Assembly: GCA_040285855.1 (NCBI GenBank)
Contig: JAUFOQ010000004.1
Span: forward strand, 496,001 to 560,000
DNA length: 64,000 nt
Reading direction: 5' to 3'
DNA from: Eukaryota sp. GEM-RC1
Taxonomy: Eukaryota
This document shows, piece after piece, positions 50,521-62,982 of this stretch. The position numbers and the translations under genes are program-made. Position 1 is the first letter of the stretch. Each line of letters starts with the position of its first letter. The notes beneath the pieces are model-generated. The model ran no database searches. It worked only from the letters and a program-made list of their open reading frames with translations, and was not told the DNA's origin.

Positions 50521-51572
50521 GGGACGATTACAAAATTGCCCAGATTTCTTCCTTCATCTTACAAAATTGCCCAGATTCATTCTCTATATAAAACATATAA
50601 CTCATTTCTTCTACTTCTCCCTACATTCTCTCTCATCTAAACGTATATCTTCTCTTTCAGAGAGTTAGTTGACCTTCGTCATTTGAAACACTGTCATCAC
50701 CACCATTCAGATTTCCTGATGCATCAGCCACTTCTGTCTGAGTCTTTAATTCTCTTCCTGGTGAACGTTCTTTTGCGTATTACCTCAAAGTCGTTGTGTC
50801 TGCCGTTGTCACTCAATCGATTCTTATTTTCTTTATTTAGACGATTCTTCTAGCTCTGCTTCCGATGACCATCATCTCTTTTCTTAATCCTTTATTCTTA
50901 GGTACTGTCGGAGATACCATGAGATGTAACCATTACCATTTATTGTAGATCACTGTATTGAATCATAAACCCGTTCTTTTTTATAGAAGTAGTAAGCAGC
51001 ATTCCACATGTAGTTTCAGTACGCAGTATTGATCGAGGACTTTCCCAAGTCCACAGTTAGAGTCATGTAACAGAGCTGAGTTGCCAGATATGAGCAATTA
51101 GAGTAATAACATCTTAGCAAGATTGGGCAGCGAACTGGTTTACATGGGAATAATGGACATCAGTTGATCTGCTTCTTATAAGTACGTGGAGGAGCAGTTC
51201 CACGCTCCAGGCTCTATCGAATGAATAACCAAGGATCCAATGCATCTATTGAGTATACAGGATCAGGAATTGTACATGTAACTTCTCAATGTATATTCTA
51301 TGTTGTTGTAACCTTGAAAGAGCAGTCAATGGACTTACAAGCAGCAAGGAATCGTTTAGGCTGAGATTTAACATACTTCATCTCTATACAATCAGCAATA
51401 GTAACAATCAAGACGTCATTGTAGAAGGAGTTTATTCAGATCATGCAGCTCTACAGCTCAGTGTCATTGGTAAACCACAGTTGGATGATCTAAGGTAGTA
51501 ATGTAGGGGAGGTGAATCTGGGCAATTTTGTAAGTGTATGTCTCAAATCTGGGCATTTCTGTAATTTTCTCC
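50521..51572. mobile_element. Non-autonomous Mutator-like element
   Basis: ~60-bp imperfect TIRs with doubled TTACAAAATTGCCCAGATT, GG...CC ends, 9-bp TSD ATTCCTTTC. Confidence 0.88.
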
Positions 51573-51694
51573 ATTCCTTTCCAACCAATGAAGATGGTTT
51601 ATTTGGACTTTGGTAGGTTTAATATTAAATATAATCTCTATACAAACAACAAGATATGACAGAACATTTGACAATAAAGTTGATATGCAGATTA

Positions 51695-52660
51695 ACTAAA
51701 CAACTCTAGAACAGAATTTGGATAAAGCAAACACACCACAAGATGGTAGTTATCATTATCTAAAGAACTAATTTCTCTTGTACAATTAAATCCAGGGCCT
51801 GACTCTGTTGTAACAGTAATTGAATTATTCACAAGATTAATTGTGATTTCAATGATTTCGTTTGAGGTCCATTCTCCAATAGAAGTGTCTGGAAAACGAT
51901 AAAAGTTATTGGTACGACTGTAAAAACAATGAGCATTTGACCCTCGCTAAACACCATCACTACAATCAAACTCTTTTCTAGGAATAATTCCAATCATTAG
52001 ATGATTACTAACAGACGAAGGAAGGCCATTCCTAGCCCTAACTTTATAGACATTTCCTGTAAGAAGAGGAGTTTCTGAAAGAATATATTGTACCAGTCAG
52101 TTGGACCAGTGTGAGTAACAGTTTTTCCTCCATTTGAAATATTTAAATTTCGATGTTTAAGATTAGAAGAAAAATTCAAAACTGAAGATTCAACAGATTT
52201 TGCACATTCAATTTGTTTTTCAACAATTTCCTTCAATTAAAATATTTCCTCGTCTTTTTCCTTAATTAATTCAGTTGCTTCAACTAATTGTTCTTTCAAC
52301 GTCAAATTTTCAGAAATTATTGACTCAAAAAATATCGGACGTAATTGTTTAAAGGGAAACTTCATCAAAAATTCTTCCAAATTTGAAATATTCTCGAGAG
52401 GATTTAAAAACAGCTCATCCCAGTTTTTAAAAGTCAACAGGTTAACGTCAACAAGGGTCAGAATTTCAGATAATTCTTCAGAATTAATAGTTTCTGATTT
52501 AACTGAAGCCACAAGTGACTTTAAAAACCATTTGAAAGAACTTGAAGAAGTGCAAAATTCAAGTAAACTTTGGAGAAAGACAAATGGGAAGACAAATTCA
52601 GTTTTTGAAAAATATTGTCAATTTCATGAAGAAAATCGCCAACAAACATTATTGCTCTCA
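51695..52660 (-). pseudogene. Disrupted coiled-coil plus SPRY/B30.2-like gene
   Basis: LNFSSNLKHRNLNISNGGKTVTH..W; IGII; EIIEITINL; several stops and shifts; paralogous fragment at 58170-58410. Confidence 0.5.
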
Positions 52661-53116
52661 AGTCTTCTTGTTCTAGAATGACGTGATCACTCATTCTTCA
52701 ATCAAAATGACTGATCAAGTCAGTGCCAGATTGTCTGAGTTAGGTAAACGAGTACAAGTGAGGTTCTGAGCAATGATCACGTGATCATCAACAATACTAC
52801 TAAAACAAGTAAATGAATCATCAAACTATACTAAACAGCAGTGAAAACCTCATACATCCCCTTAAACACGTGATAAAGTAACAAATGCATGTATCTTACG
52901 TGTTGTTTTGAGAACGACACTAGCCAGAATTCTTCCAGCGAATGTGGTTCCTGTCAAGAAAGAACTTGAGGGCACTTCAAAAGAACTCCCCTAAAGATAG
53001 GTCAAATTTAACTATCAAGCTGGTGAGTTAAGAGTAGAATAAGATCCTTACCAATAGAAACTCACATTCCGACTCTTGTCAAGAGAAGTAAAGTCACCTC
53101 AATTAGACTATCACTT

Positions 53117-53877
53117 TCAAGTTCTTTTCTTCTTCTTAGGTGGCTCACCTACAATACGTGAAGGACAAGAACTGGAAATAGGACATTCGTGACAACGAGG
53201 TCTTTTAGGTAAACACACAGTCTGACCAAATCTAACTAATGAAAAATTGATATCTGTCCAATGTTTCTGGTCAAATACCTTCTCCAATTGATCTCGAGTC
53301 TTGTCCGGAGTCGCAGAGGTCGTCCATCCAAGTCTATTAGAAATTCGATGAACATGAGTATCTAAAGTTAACCAAATGGTTAGGATATCAACATACCAAC
53401 ACTTACCCCAGTGACTATTCCAAAAGCTATTTGTTGAACAAGAAGTGCAATCTTTGGACCAACCCCCTTCAAAGCTATTAGCTCATCATAGTCACTTGGA
53501 ATGTCATTGTTATATTGGTTAGCGAAAGTATGGACTGCAGCTTTAAGATTCTTTGCTTTCTGTGTATAAAAGCCAACACAATTGATTAATTTTGCCAGGT
53601 TGGGTTCTTCAATGTCAAGTAAAGACTGGTAAGTTAAACCACCAGGCAATTGGTGTAAGCGGTCTAATGCAAGAGCTGTCTGCCCATCTCGAGTTCTAGG
53701 AGAAAGAAATAGAGAAACAAAGACATGGAGACGGTGTAAAGGACCTTCAGAGACAACAGCTGTGCCCAAAGCCTCAGCTCCGAAGATTTCAACTGCTGCT
53801 ACGTTTTCTGTCTGCAAGTCTTGAATTATTGAAAGCTGAGACATTGGGGATAATGGTCCCTTGCTTTGTGTAGTCAT
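53117..53877 (-). CDS. NTH1: Endonuclease III homolog (HhH-GPD, 4Fe-4S); 35-nt intron at 53362-53396
   Basis: LKGVGPKIA, SV|DTHVHRISNRLGW, FGQTVCLPKRPRCHECPISSSCPS; start codon uncertain. Confidence 0.93.
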
Positions 53878-53989
53878 AAGAGCCAAAAAGACCTAGAAAA
53901 AGTGAGAGATGTAAGACGATATGAAGTTCCTCTCTTGGAGACGAAATTTCCAGATTCAATTCAGTTTTAATGCCCTTAACATAGATCCA

Positions 53990-54360
53990 AGACAAGAACA
54001 GAAACTAGAACTCAATGTTTTTAAAGCAACATCCACTACCATTGAAATTCACAGAAGCTCTTTCTTCATAGAAAAAACTAAGAGCTAAACGAGCATCTGA
54101 GATCATAACATCAATTGTAAAATTTGCAGAGATAACACGATGCAAGGAAAACTTGTGATCAACATTCGTGTTCATTCCTTTTCTATCATCTTTCTCAAGA
54201 TCAGAGAGAAAACAAAAAGCAATCCTACCAAGTCGACCATAAATTGAAATGGTAAAGGTAATAATGGTTGTTTGTACTCATGTCTGGTAAGTTTGAGAGC
54301 TGCCAAGGGAACATCGTATTTGTTTCTTTTACATTGTTATTCAGTGTTGTGTTCTTTTGT
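53990..54360 (-). mobile_element. Degenerate family-A RLE retroelement 3' fragment
   Basis: Reverse complement matches 2300-2660 (ATTTCAATTTATGGTCGACTTGGTAG...ATTGAGTTCTAG). Confidence 0.8.
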
Positions 54361-55119
54361 GTTAAAAAAAATCATGATGAAGAAAGAGTAGTGTTGTTAT
54401 AGTAGTGTAGGAATTCATATTAGGTTTTCTTTTCCTTTGTATAAACCCTTTCTGAAACTCTCTATTTTCCTATGAGTTTCAGTAAAAGAAGAACCGGTGT
54501 AAACCCAACATCAGTTTAGGAGGTTTATATTACAATGCTTGTACACTAACAATATGTACTAAAGATATTTTACAGTCGATCTTTAGTGATCTATATTAAT
54601 TTCACTAAAAACAACAAAAATCTTTGGTTAGTGCTAGTCAAGATAGTAATACACTAAAACCTTCTCTGCGTCCCCCTGGACCTTTTTAATCATTCTCAGT
54701 ATCTGTTACTTCAAATTGTTAGACATAAACTAACTTATCAACACCTAAAAAATAGAAATATTTCTCATGTATTTATAAACACTCCAACAATTTCCCAAAT
54801 ACGTCTCTAACTGAAGACTTTGGGGTGTTGGAACTGTCCGTGAAGCGTGTCAATTGGTGCCCAAAGGAACTTGTTGATAAATATTTATGAAGCCAAAATA
54901 CAATAGTAAATCTTCTTTGCATAATATTGTAATTATATTGCAATATTGACCAATATACTGCTCGATATCCAATATTGATAGGAATATCAAAAACCAATAT
55001 CAATGTATTGTAATACAATATTTCCTAGGCTAGCTTAAAACATTCAACCAGAAATTAGATTAGAGTATTAATTGATAAACTAAAAACTTGATAAATATAA
55101 CTAAAAATCACAAAACACA

Positions 55120-58066
55120 CTAACTACACCACCTTTTCAATTCCTCATCTCCTGAACTTCTTCTAAAAACTCCAGCATCAGGCGATCCTTCCTCAGAATC
55201 ACTCAATTCAGCTGCACTCTGCAGCTCCTCATCATCCGGGGAAATATACTCTTCAATGATTGCTTTAATATACTCATCATCCTCATCTTCATCTGATGTA
55301 TACTTCACGGCTGCAGCTCTCCTCTTACCACCTCTTCCATACAACGCTAGGTCGTCTTCCAGACTTCTTACTTTTGGAGGGTTAACAAGCCAATCAGGAA
55401 GTTCTTCCATGGTTATTAACTCGGGTGGAGGTGAATCCATTTGATAGATTATACGACGTTTCCCTTCGAAATCCTCATCCATCTTAGTAAAGATCTCCAA
55501 CTCTTCGTCTGATCGTGCTAACTGTCTATTAACTTCTTCTAACCTTGATCCTAGCGTAACATCAGTCATTGAGGAAGAAGGACGATGCAGTAGATCTTCT
55601 AGAGCTGCTTTCCTTTCCTCGTTAGTAGCATTTGGATTGTAAAGTCCTGCTTGAATAATCTTTGAATCAATATCTAACTTATGATGAGCTTTAGATAGGA
55701 TGTTCTCTTCAATCGGAGTGGTGGTACATAGACGGAGGACTCTAACTTCATTGGTTTGTCCCAGTCGATGAGCACGATCTTGAGCTTGTAAATCAGCCTG
55801 CGGATTCCAATCACTATCAAAAATGATTACAGTATCAGCAGCCTGTAGATTCAGACCTAAACCTCCCGCTCTAGTTGACAAAAGAAAAGACAAAAAAAGG
55901 CGACTCAGGATCATTAAACTGAGTTAGAAGAGTTCCTCTATCGTCAGCCTTGGTAGAACCGTCTAGTCTCAAGTGTTGATATCCCCTGTAAGACAAGAAC
56001 AAGGAGAGGTAGTCCATAATTTGTACCATTTGGGTAAATATCAGGACTTTATGACCAGTTGCTTTGAGTTTTGGTAGGACTCGGTCTAAAAGAACAAATT
56101 TACCAGATACTCGGATTAAATCTTCACCAGGATCAACGTCATAAATTCCATTTTCGAAGAAGACCCATGGGTGATTGCAAACCTTCCTCAATTGCATTAG
56201 GGTATTCTGCATTCCTTTAACCGTAGTTTTACCAGTAACAGAAGTCATTGCTGCAGTTTTTGATATTTGGATCTGAGTATATAGAACTGATTGCCACGCA
56301 GAAAGAGGAACTTTGATTATGACCTCTTTCTTTCCTGGTAATTGATCCTCCACGTCACTTTTAAGTCGTCGTAATAGGAAGGGCCTCAACACTTGATGAA
56401 GTCTATTAATAATCAAGAGCTCTTCTTCTTCGTCAATATCTTGCTCTCTTTTATCATCAAAAGGAGCGGCAAACCAATTCTGGAAGGAACCAACATCAGA
56501 AAAGATATTAGGCAACAACCAATTTAGTAGAGACCACAGCTCAGGCAGGGAGTTTTGCAGAGGAGTTCCAGTAAGGAGAACTCGATGTCTAGAAGCGTAA
56601 TCCTTCCGTAGTATTGTGGTTAACTTACAAGCACTGTTCTTCATTCGATGACCTTCATCTACAATGATGTACAGCCAAGAAACCTTTGAAAGATACTTCT
56701 TGTCTTTGATAATGAAGTCAAAGGTAGTGATACAGACTTGAAACTGAAGAGGTTCGACGACGTTCTTGTATAACTGTTTACGATGATCCTTTGCTCCAGT
56801 GAATCTAATAACGTTGATATGAGGAGCCCATCGAGCAAACTCTGATTGCCAATTAGCAACAGTTGACAGTGGAACGATGATTAAGAATTGCCCATTCACA
56901 TTCTTCTTTTCATAAAGATATGTAATCAACGCAATAGTTTGAATAGTCTTACCCAGACCCATCTCATCAGCCAGAATTCCATTAAGTTTGTTATTAAACA
57001 GGGAAACTAGCCATTTGAGACCTTCTATTTGATACCCCTTTAATTGCCCAAACTCTAGTGAATCTGGTTGGCCAACTACTTCTTCTTCAATTTTATGAGC
57101 GATAGTATAATATGTCTTCTTCTTCATTTCCTCTTTAATCTCAGTAACTGGTTCCTTCTCTAGCTCTTCAGCAGCCTTTGTACGTTCACTTTCAACCATT
57201 GCACCAATAGATTGTAGGTAATTTTCAGTTTGTTGAATTAAAGCTAATAAACGATCTTTCTTATGCTCCTGAACTAAGTTCATATAAGCTTCAACATCAT
57301 TCGCCTTCAACAACCGTAGACGTTCTCGCTGACCCCTTTCCTTCTCCATAGCTTCCTTCTTATCCTTAGCTTGAAGGTAGGCTACAACTGACCTGCTGAT
57401 TTTCATTCTGTTTCGTTGTTTAGTAGTCTTCTCAATAGTGTATTTCTTATGGGCAGTCAGAATAGAGTCAAGAAAAGCGGCTCGTTTCTGCTTACGTCTT
57501 CTTGAAGCATTCTTCTCTTCTGACAGTGACTCTGAGGGAGTGTAGAGGGGAGCAAGGGATAGACAAGAGGGAGGGGGAGCGTTGACGCGGTTGATTCTGG
57601 TAAGAAGTTCGGAGGCTCTTACACGAAGACGACGTTGGAGGGGGATGAGATCGATGGCTTTTAGGGAAGGGTCTAGAGTGGCTTGGACTTCGGGGGGAAC
57701 CATTGCCATGAACTCGGTGAGTTCTTGCTTACGGGAGACAATGCGGTCAAGGATACGAGTTTCTCGTATTTCAGCTATTTGTTGGAGAGTTTTGACGGAT
57801 GTAGAAGACGGGGGAAGCTTTATACGGCTCTTGTCAAAGGAGTTGAGATTGGGACCAGAGAGATCAGAGAAGGAAGTGAATTGGACATTATGGGTACCGA
57901 AAGTGTGTTCACTCGGAAAGTCCGGCAAGGGAAGAGCTACACCACCAGGACATAAAGGACGGATGGGTTGTTTGATTTTCTGTTGAAGTTCATGGATAAG
58001 ATGCTCCGGTGGTCGAATATTTCTGGACAGAAAGCGGTAAACTGTTATCAAGGATTCCAGTGACAT
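55120..58066 (-). CDS. SNF2: SNF2/BRM-class SWI/SNF ATPase (HSA, SNF2_N, helicase C, SnAC); +1 frameshift at 55885-55888
   Basis: [74 protein letters not shown]. Confidence 0.95.
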
Positions 58067-58169
58067 CCAATCTTCGCCGGAAATTCTTTTTGGGAACGAA
58101 GAAAAATTCCATCATTCATGCTTTCTCGAAGTCTTGTCGATGTTCCTCGTTATTTCTTATGTATAACTA

Positions 58170-58410
58170 GAGTACATCCATTGGCAAGATACAATATATG
58201 CTTTCAGAAACTCCTGTTGTTACAGGCAATGTCTATAAAGTTAGAGCTATCGTCTGTTAGTAATGATTTTATAGTTGGAAGTATTTTTAGAGAAGATTGC
58301 GATTGTATTGGTGGTGCTTTCACAAAGAGAAAGGCTCGCTCTTTCTACAATCGCTTGGTGTTTCTATGACGAAAAAACTTCTATGAGAATCAATGGCAAT
58401 TATTCATTGC
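58170..58410 (+). pseudogene. Fragment paralogous to the SPRY-like pseudogene at 51695-52660
   Basis: YNICFQKLLLLQAMSIKL versus YNIFFQKLLFLQEMSIKL. Confidence 0.55.
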
Positions 58411-58585
58411 CATTGAAGGGGATGGGCAAAACTCCCATCGAGTTCTCCAAGACTCCACTTCACTCCAAATTTCTGAGAGTTGGAGTCGAGTTGGAGTCGA
58501 GTTGGAGTTCTGTCAAAGTTTAACGAGTAAGTCGAGTTGGAGTGAAACTTGCTATTTCATTAGCAATCCAAAGAGAAGTATTGTA

Positions 58586-58621
58586 CAGTCTACCCTGGAT
58601 ATACTTATCCAGGGTAGACTG
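58586..58621. mobile_element. 36-bp TIR-only pogo/Tc1-type element
   Basis: CAGTCTACCCTGGATA-TACT-TATCCAGGGTAGACTG flanked by TA; same TIR as 38965-39919. Confidence 0.85.
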
Positions 58622-59108
58622 TACATAATTCTACAAAAAAAATATACCAAGGGGAGTTACACTATTTGCAGTTATCTTTCACCAAATGAAATACACTTAT
58701 CTATGCGTCCGTTCAAAATGCCAAAAAGTTAAAACTATCGTCCTGCAAGACCTTTTTATACTTCTTACCAAACTCTGAACACAGTTTTTGAAATAACTTC
58801 TGAAGATGTTCTTTAGTAACCACTGAACTTTTCTTAAAAAAATAAAAAGATTCATTGTGATGACATCATTACGGTGGACATCTAACAGTGTTTGATTTAG
58901 TGTGAATCGAAACACATTGAGTCGTTGTGTATACCTGGTAGAAGTGACAAAAGCTTCAAATGAGAGGAATTAAAAAAGACAAGAAATCAATTTGAAGTGA
59001 AGTCTACAAGTGATTGACTGGAGTTGGAGTGAAGTGAAGTTGGAGTGAAGTTCACCTATAGCATCCATTGTTTGGAGTGAGGTCGAGTTGGAGTTCTATA
59101 ATTTCTAC

Positions 59109-59705
59109 CGGGTGTGAAAACAATATTTCTCTTCCAATATTGCAATAAATATTGCTCCAATATTTATTTGCTCTTTGAGGTGGAGCAATACTAGTATTTA
59201 TTGTTACACCGGTTAATATTATTGCAATATTGTCAATAAACTTCGAGTTGTTCATTTCGTTGTTTTGCATCACCATTTGGACTTCCGAAACCAGGTTTGT
59301 TGTCTTATGTGTTTAAATATAATGAGAGTTGCTTTATCGGTAATGATTTCTAGTTGTTGTATTGTCATAATGTCTGTCATTTGAGCTCAGTTCGAGTGTT
59401 AACTAGAAGTATAATGTAAATGCTTTCCTCTGAAAGGATTTCCTCTGAAGTTCTCCAGTCTTGAAATGCAAATAATGATTGATAATGATGAACGAAACAG
59501 TGATTTTTGGGATGAAGCTACTGTAAGACATATCATGAGTAGTAAATTCTTCAAAGATGTAGATAATGGTACATTGTATTGAGATTATTTCGGATACTTC
59601 TGATGATGATGGACAATAGAATATGGGATTTTTTTGTGATAAATACATTATATGATTCCTTATGTTGCAATATTGAAATATTGGAATATTGATTTCCCAC
59701 CCCTG
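59109..59705. mobile_element. hAT-type MITE (AATATTG repeats)
   Basis: Imperfect TIRs CGGGTGTGAAAACAATATT / AATATTGATTTCCCACCCCTG; perfect 8-bp TSD ATTTCTAC. Confidence 0.88.
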
Positions 59706-59854
59706 ATTTCTACGAGTGGAGTGAAGTCAAGTTGGAGTTCGCCCATCCCTAGCAATAAATGTTGCTTAAATAGTTTTTGTTGACCGCGTTTGTTCTAGAA
59801 AATCCAATACCATAAAATTATATAATTTCAAGCTTTTGATTGACTCTATGATTC

Positions 59855-60624
59855 TTATTACATACCAAACTACAGGTCTACACATCTGCTTTCGAACACC
59901 TTTCACAAAACCCCAACTATCACAACTACGACTTCATTCGTCTTTTATTAGACTTTGTTCGTTTAAAGTCCACGTTTGACAAACCCGAAGCCATCAGTAT
60001 CATCTCCACCCACGAGCCCAGATTCCCTGACTCAATCTGTACTCAATTCAACTCAGATATACAGTCTTTAAAGATCTTCTTGTCCCTCAATTCCCGTCCT
60101 CCTGTTACTCCCGCTAGAAGACTAGCGTCATATGCTACAGGTACTTCTTCTACTCTCAACTCCACTGGTCCTTCGCACTTCCTACGTAGACGGAAACGAC
60201 GTCCTAAGCTCGGACCTCCAGGGAAAGAAGATGAGCCAGGTGATGATGCGTTGTCATTGTCAGATCATGAGGATGATCATGGCAAAGAATCTACTGTACC
60301 TACCAATAATTCTAATATTTCTCATAATTCTATTTCCAGTATTGGAGACAGTGTTCAAGACAGTGTTCAGGAATCACTAGATGTTTCCCACACACAACCC
60401 TATCATTCGCCCTTCTCAACTCCTGTTAAGCCCAAACCTAAAGTAATAACTCAAAAGAGGGCAAATGAAAAGTAAGATTTGCTGATGAAGGTACATTTCA
60501 GCGAAAGTCAATAGAAGTCAATGGAGAGTCATATGAAGTCTTGGAACAGGTTGGTAAAGGAGGAACTTCTAGAGTTTTCAAGGCATTAGATACCACCAAC
60601 ACACTTGTTGCCCTTAAAGTTATA
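59855..60624 (+). pseudogene. MPS1: Mps1/TTK-like kinase truncated after kinase subdomain II
   Basis: N-terminal YTSAFEHL...DFIRLLLDFVRLK (TPR-like), Ser/Pro linker, -1 shift at ~60470, then IEVNGESYEVLEQVGKGGTSRVFKA...VALKVI; no downstream HxDxKPxN or DFG seen. Confidence 0.65.
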
Positions 60625-61299
60625 GTAGTTATATTATATAGTAGTTCTATTCAGTGGGTGAAGAAATTTTGCCCACTTAGAAATTTCCGGAAAAAAATTC
60701 TAACTTTTCCATTTGTATTTTCAATAACAACTTCATTTGGATGAAGTTTTTTCTTCTTGTTGTCAATGGATTTTGTAAGTTTTACCTTTTTAAAATGTAA
60801 ATCACACTCTCTTCAAGAGCATTTAAATTGTGAACTGACAGCCAGTCCAAAACTTTGCTCAAATACCAATGCTATTTATTCAGTGTAATCAAATTTGATG
60901 TATCTTATCATCTTTGTCTTTGTTAGTTGTAATCACTCAAGATTATTTAATTCTTCAATTTATTCGTTATAATCTAAAATAGCCTGCATGACTTGTCTCA
61001 TTGTTCTTTGTTTCGGAGGAGTAGTCATCACACACGATTATGTACCAAAGTTAACAATTAATTCTTTTTCCGATCCATTAATCAATAACTTAACTTACTA
61101 ATATACCAGGAAATTTTCTCTTGAGACTTGGTTGAGACATCTGGCAATGGCACATCAATAGACTTTCCAAAACTTAATTTAATGTATAATTTGTTGTTTT
61201 GCTTAAACGCATTGTAGTCTTTTCCTTCTTCAGAAATTAATTCAGAGTAAATAGCTGCCCATCTAGCAGTATTAGTGTTGACTGCGTTTGTTGAGTTTT

Positions 61300-61800
61300 G
61301 GATCTTTCCCTTTTCAATATCATTGTATTTCTACAATGGATCTTCTTCCTCCCCTAGCAGAATCTTTCTTAGAAGGAAGTTCACCGCCTGGAGACCCCAT
61401 TTCATCATCCCCAGGAACTTTAGGGGAGTTTCGGATAATAAAACGTCCTTTTGAAATACATGATCTTTCAAAAATTGGCAACCATACTCTGCCAACTTCA
61501 TCAAGTAGGTGTAAGTTAAATTCTCTTAAAGAAAAGAGAATCTTGAAGTTTTTTGTCACACTTTTACCCCTTTTGGAATTTTAGCAAGTAAATTCTGAAA
61601 GGGACTAAGATCAAAAAGAAATAAATATATGTCGATTAAGACGACAAGAGGATATTCCTACTGTGGCGGTTGAAAGACCACAATAAAAGCTGTTTCCAGC
61701 ACGGACAACATAAGTATAGTTTTTGGCACCATCAGTGGGTGCAGAAAGGTTATTCCACAGATCACTAGTCCTAGCAACCTGTCTGTTTCCACTAAATGAC
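61300..61800 (-). pseudogene. Decayed GIY-YIG endonuclease-like ORF
   Basis: NYTYVVRAGNSFYCGLST...RLNRH, then after shifts FERSCI...SPGGE. Confidence 0.45.
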
Positions 61801-62334
61801 GGTGATTTCTAAGAAACTTCTGAGGGAAAGTCTTCTTGGACTTCAGTTCACAATAATTAAAGGCTTTAAGCATCTGCTGCAGAGGACTGTCCACGTGTCA
61901 GTTAAGATTGAAGAATTGGATTGTGCCGGTAAAATTCTGAACTATGCTTCTTTATACCAAAAACCTTTCAAAGTCAGTCTTAATACTCCAAGAATAATAA
62001 ATCTTTGGAAATTACTTCCATCATTGTGCATTGTATTAATAAATTAAGATATTCCAACATCTCCCATCGTTATAAGAACATTCCAATGGAGTTGCTCCTT
62101 CCCAGCTTCAATATCGAAAGAGTGGTTGAAAATGCTTGCTTCGAGAATAACATTAGGTCATAAGAGTCTTTTGACCGATATTGCTAAAAAAAATACCAAG
62201 AAAATCAGTGTGATCGATTGTGCTATTAACCTTTACTGCTTCCAAATAATGCAAAAACTCATGACTTAAATTGTTCATTATCCAACTAGATTTACCAAAA
62301 ATGAGGACCTATAACAAACATTATCTCCATAAAT

Positions 62335-62445
62335 TTTAATTAAGGAACAAAAAGCTAATGTGATTTTTAATGGCAATGAATGTTGCATTAATGATATTGA
62401 GTTTTAGTTTGTGTATATATCTTACTGTTTTTGTTCCATAAATCT
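62335..62445 (+). mobile_element. Family-A RLE retroelement extreme 3' fragment
   Basis: Matches 2585-2685 (AAAGCT.ATGTGA.TTTTAA.GGCAATGA...ATGATATTGAGTT). Confidence 0.75.
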
Positions 62446-62982
62446 TTTTTTGAGAATTACACCGGCAGCAGTAATTGGTCTCACTGCAAATTATTCTTCG
62501 ATAACTAATTGTGTCTCAAAATCTCAAACAAACAAACTTTTTCATATATTTCTGCTCAATGTACTTGTCGACTAAAATTGGTAAAGAAGTGTGTTCACAC
62601 CAATACTAAATACACACACTGTTTCTTCATTACAAGAACATTCAAACTAGTATTGAACAACCATTTTGATTACTATTTTTGTACAATCAAGTTTATGTTG
62701 ATGACAGTATTTGAAATCAAATCTGACTCCAAGAGGGACGAATGCTCTGACCACATTGATTCCTCTTGCCTGCTTTAATCCATCATACTCGACTTAGAGT
62801 GTTCAAAGACACCTTCCCACAATGAACAGTAGAGTTGGAGAAAAAGTGTTAATGAGACAGATGTGTAATGCGTAACAAATAGTTCAAAACACAGAATGAA
62901 TCGTAACTCGTTTGAGAATATGGCATTTGTGGATTTATAATAGACAATGAATGAAAAGGAGTGTGTTGACGAACATTGTTGC

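Larger units (their letters stand above)
58417..59751. mobile_element. Old hAT-type element (GAGTTG/GGAGT repeats) hosting two nested insertions
   Basis: TIRs AGGGGATGGGCAAAACTCC / GGAGTTCGCCCATCCCTA; decayed 8-bp TSD. Confidence 0.75.
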
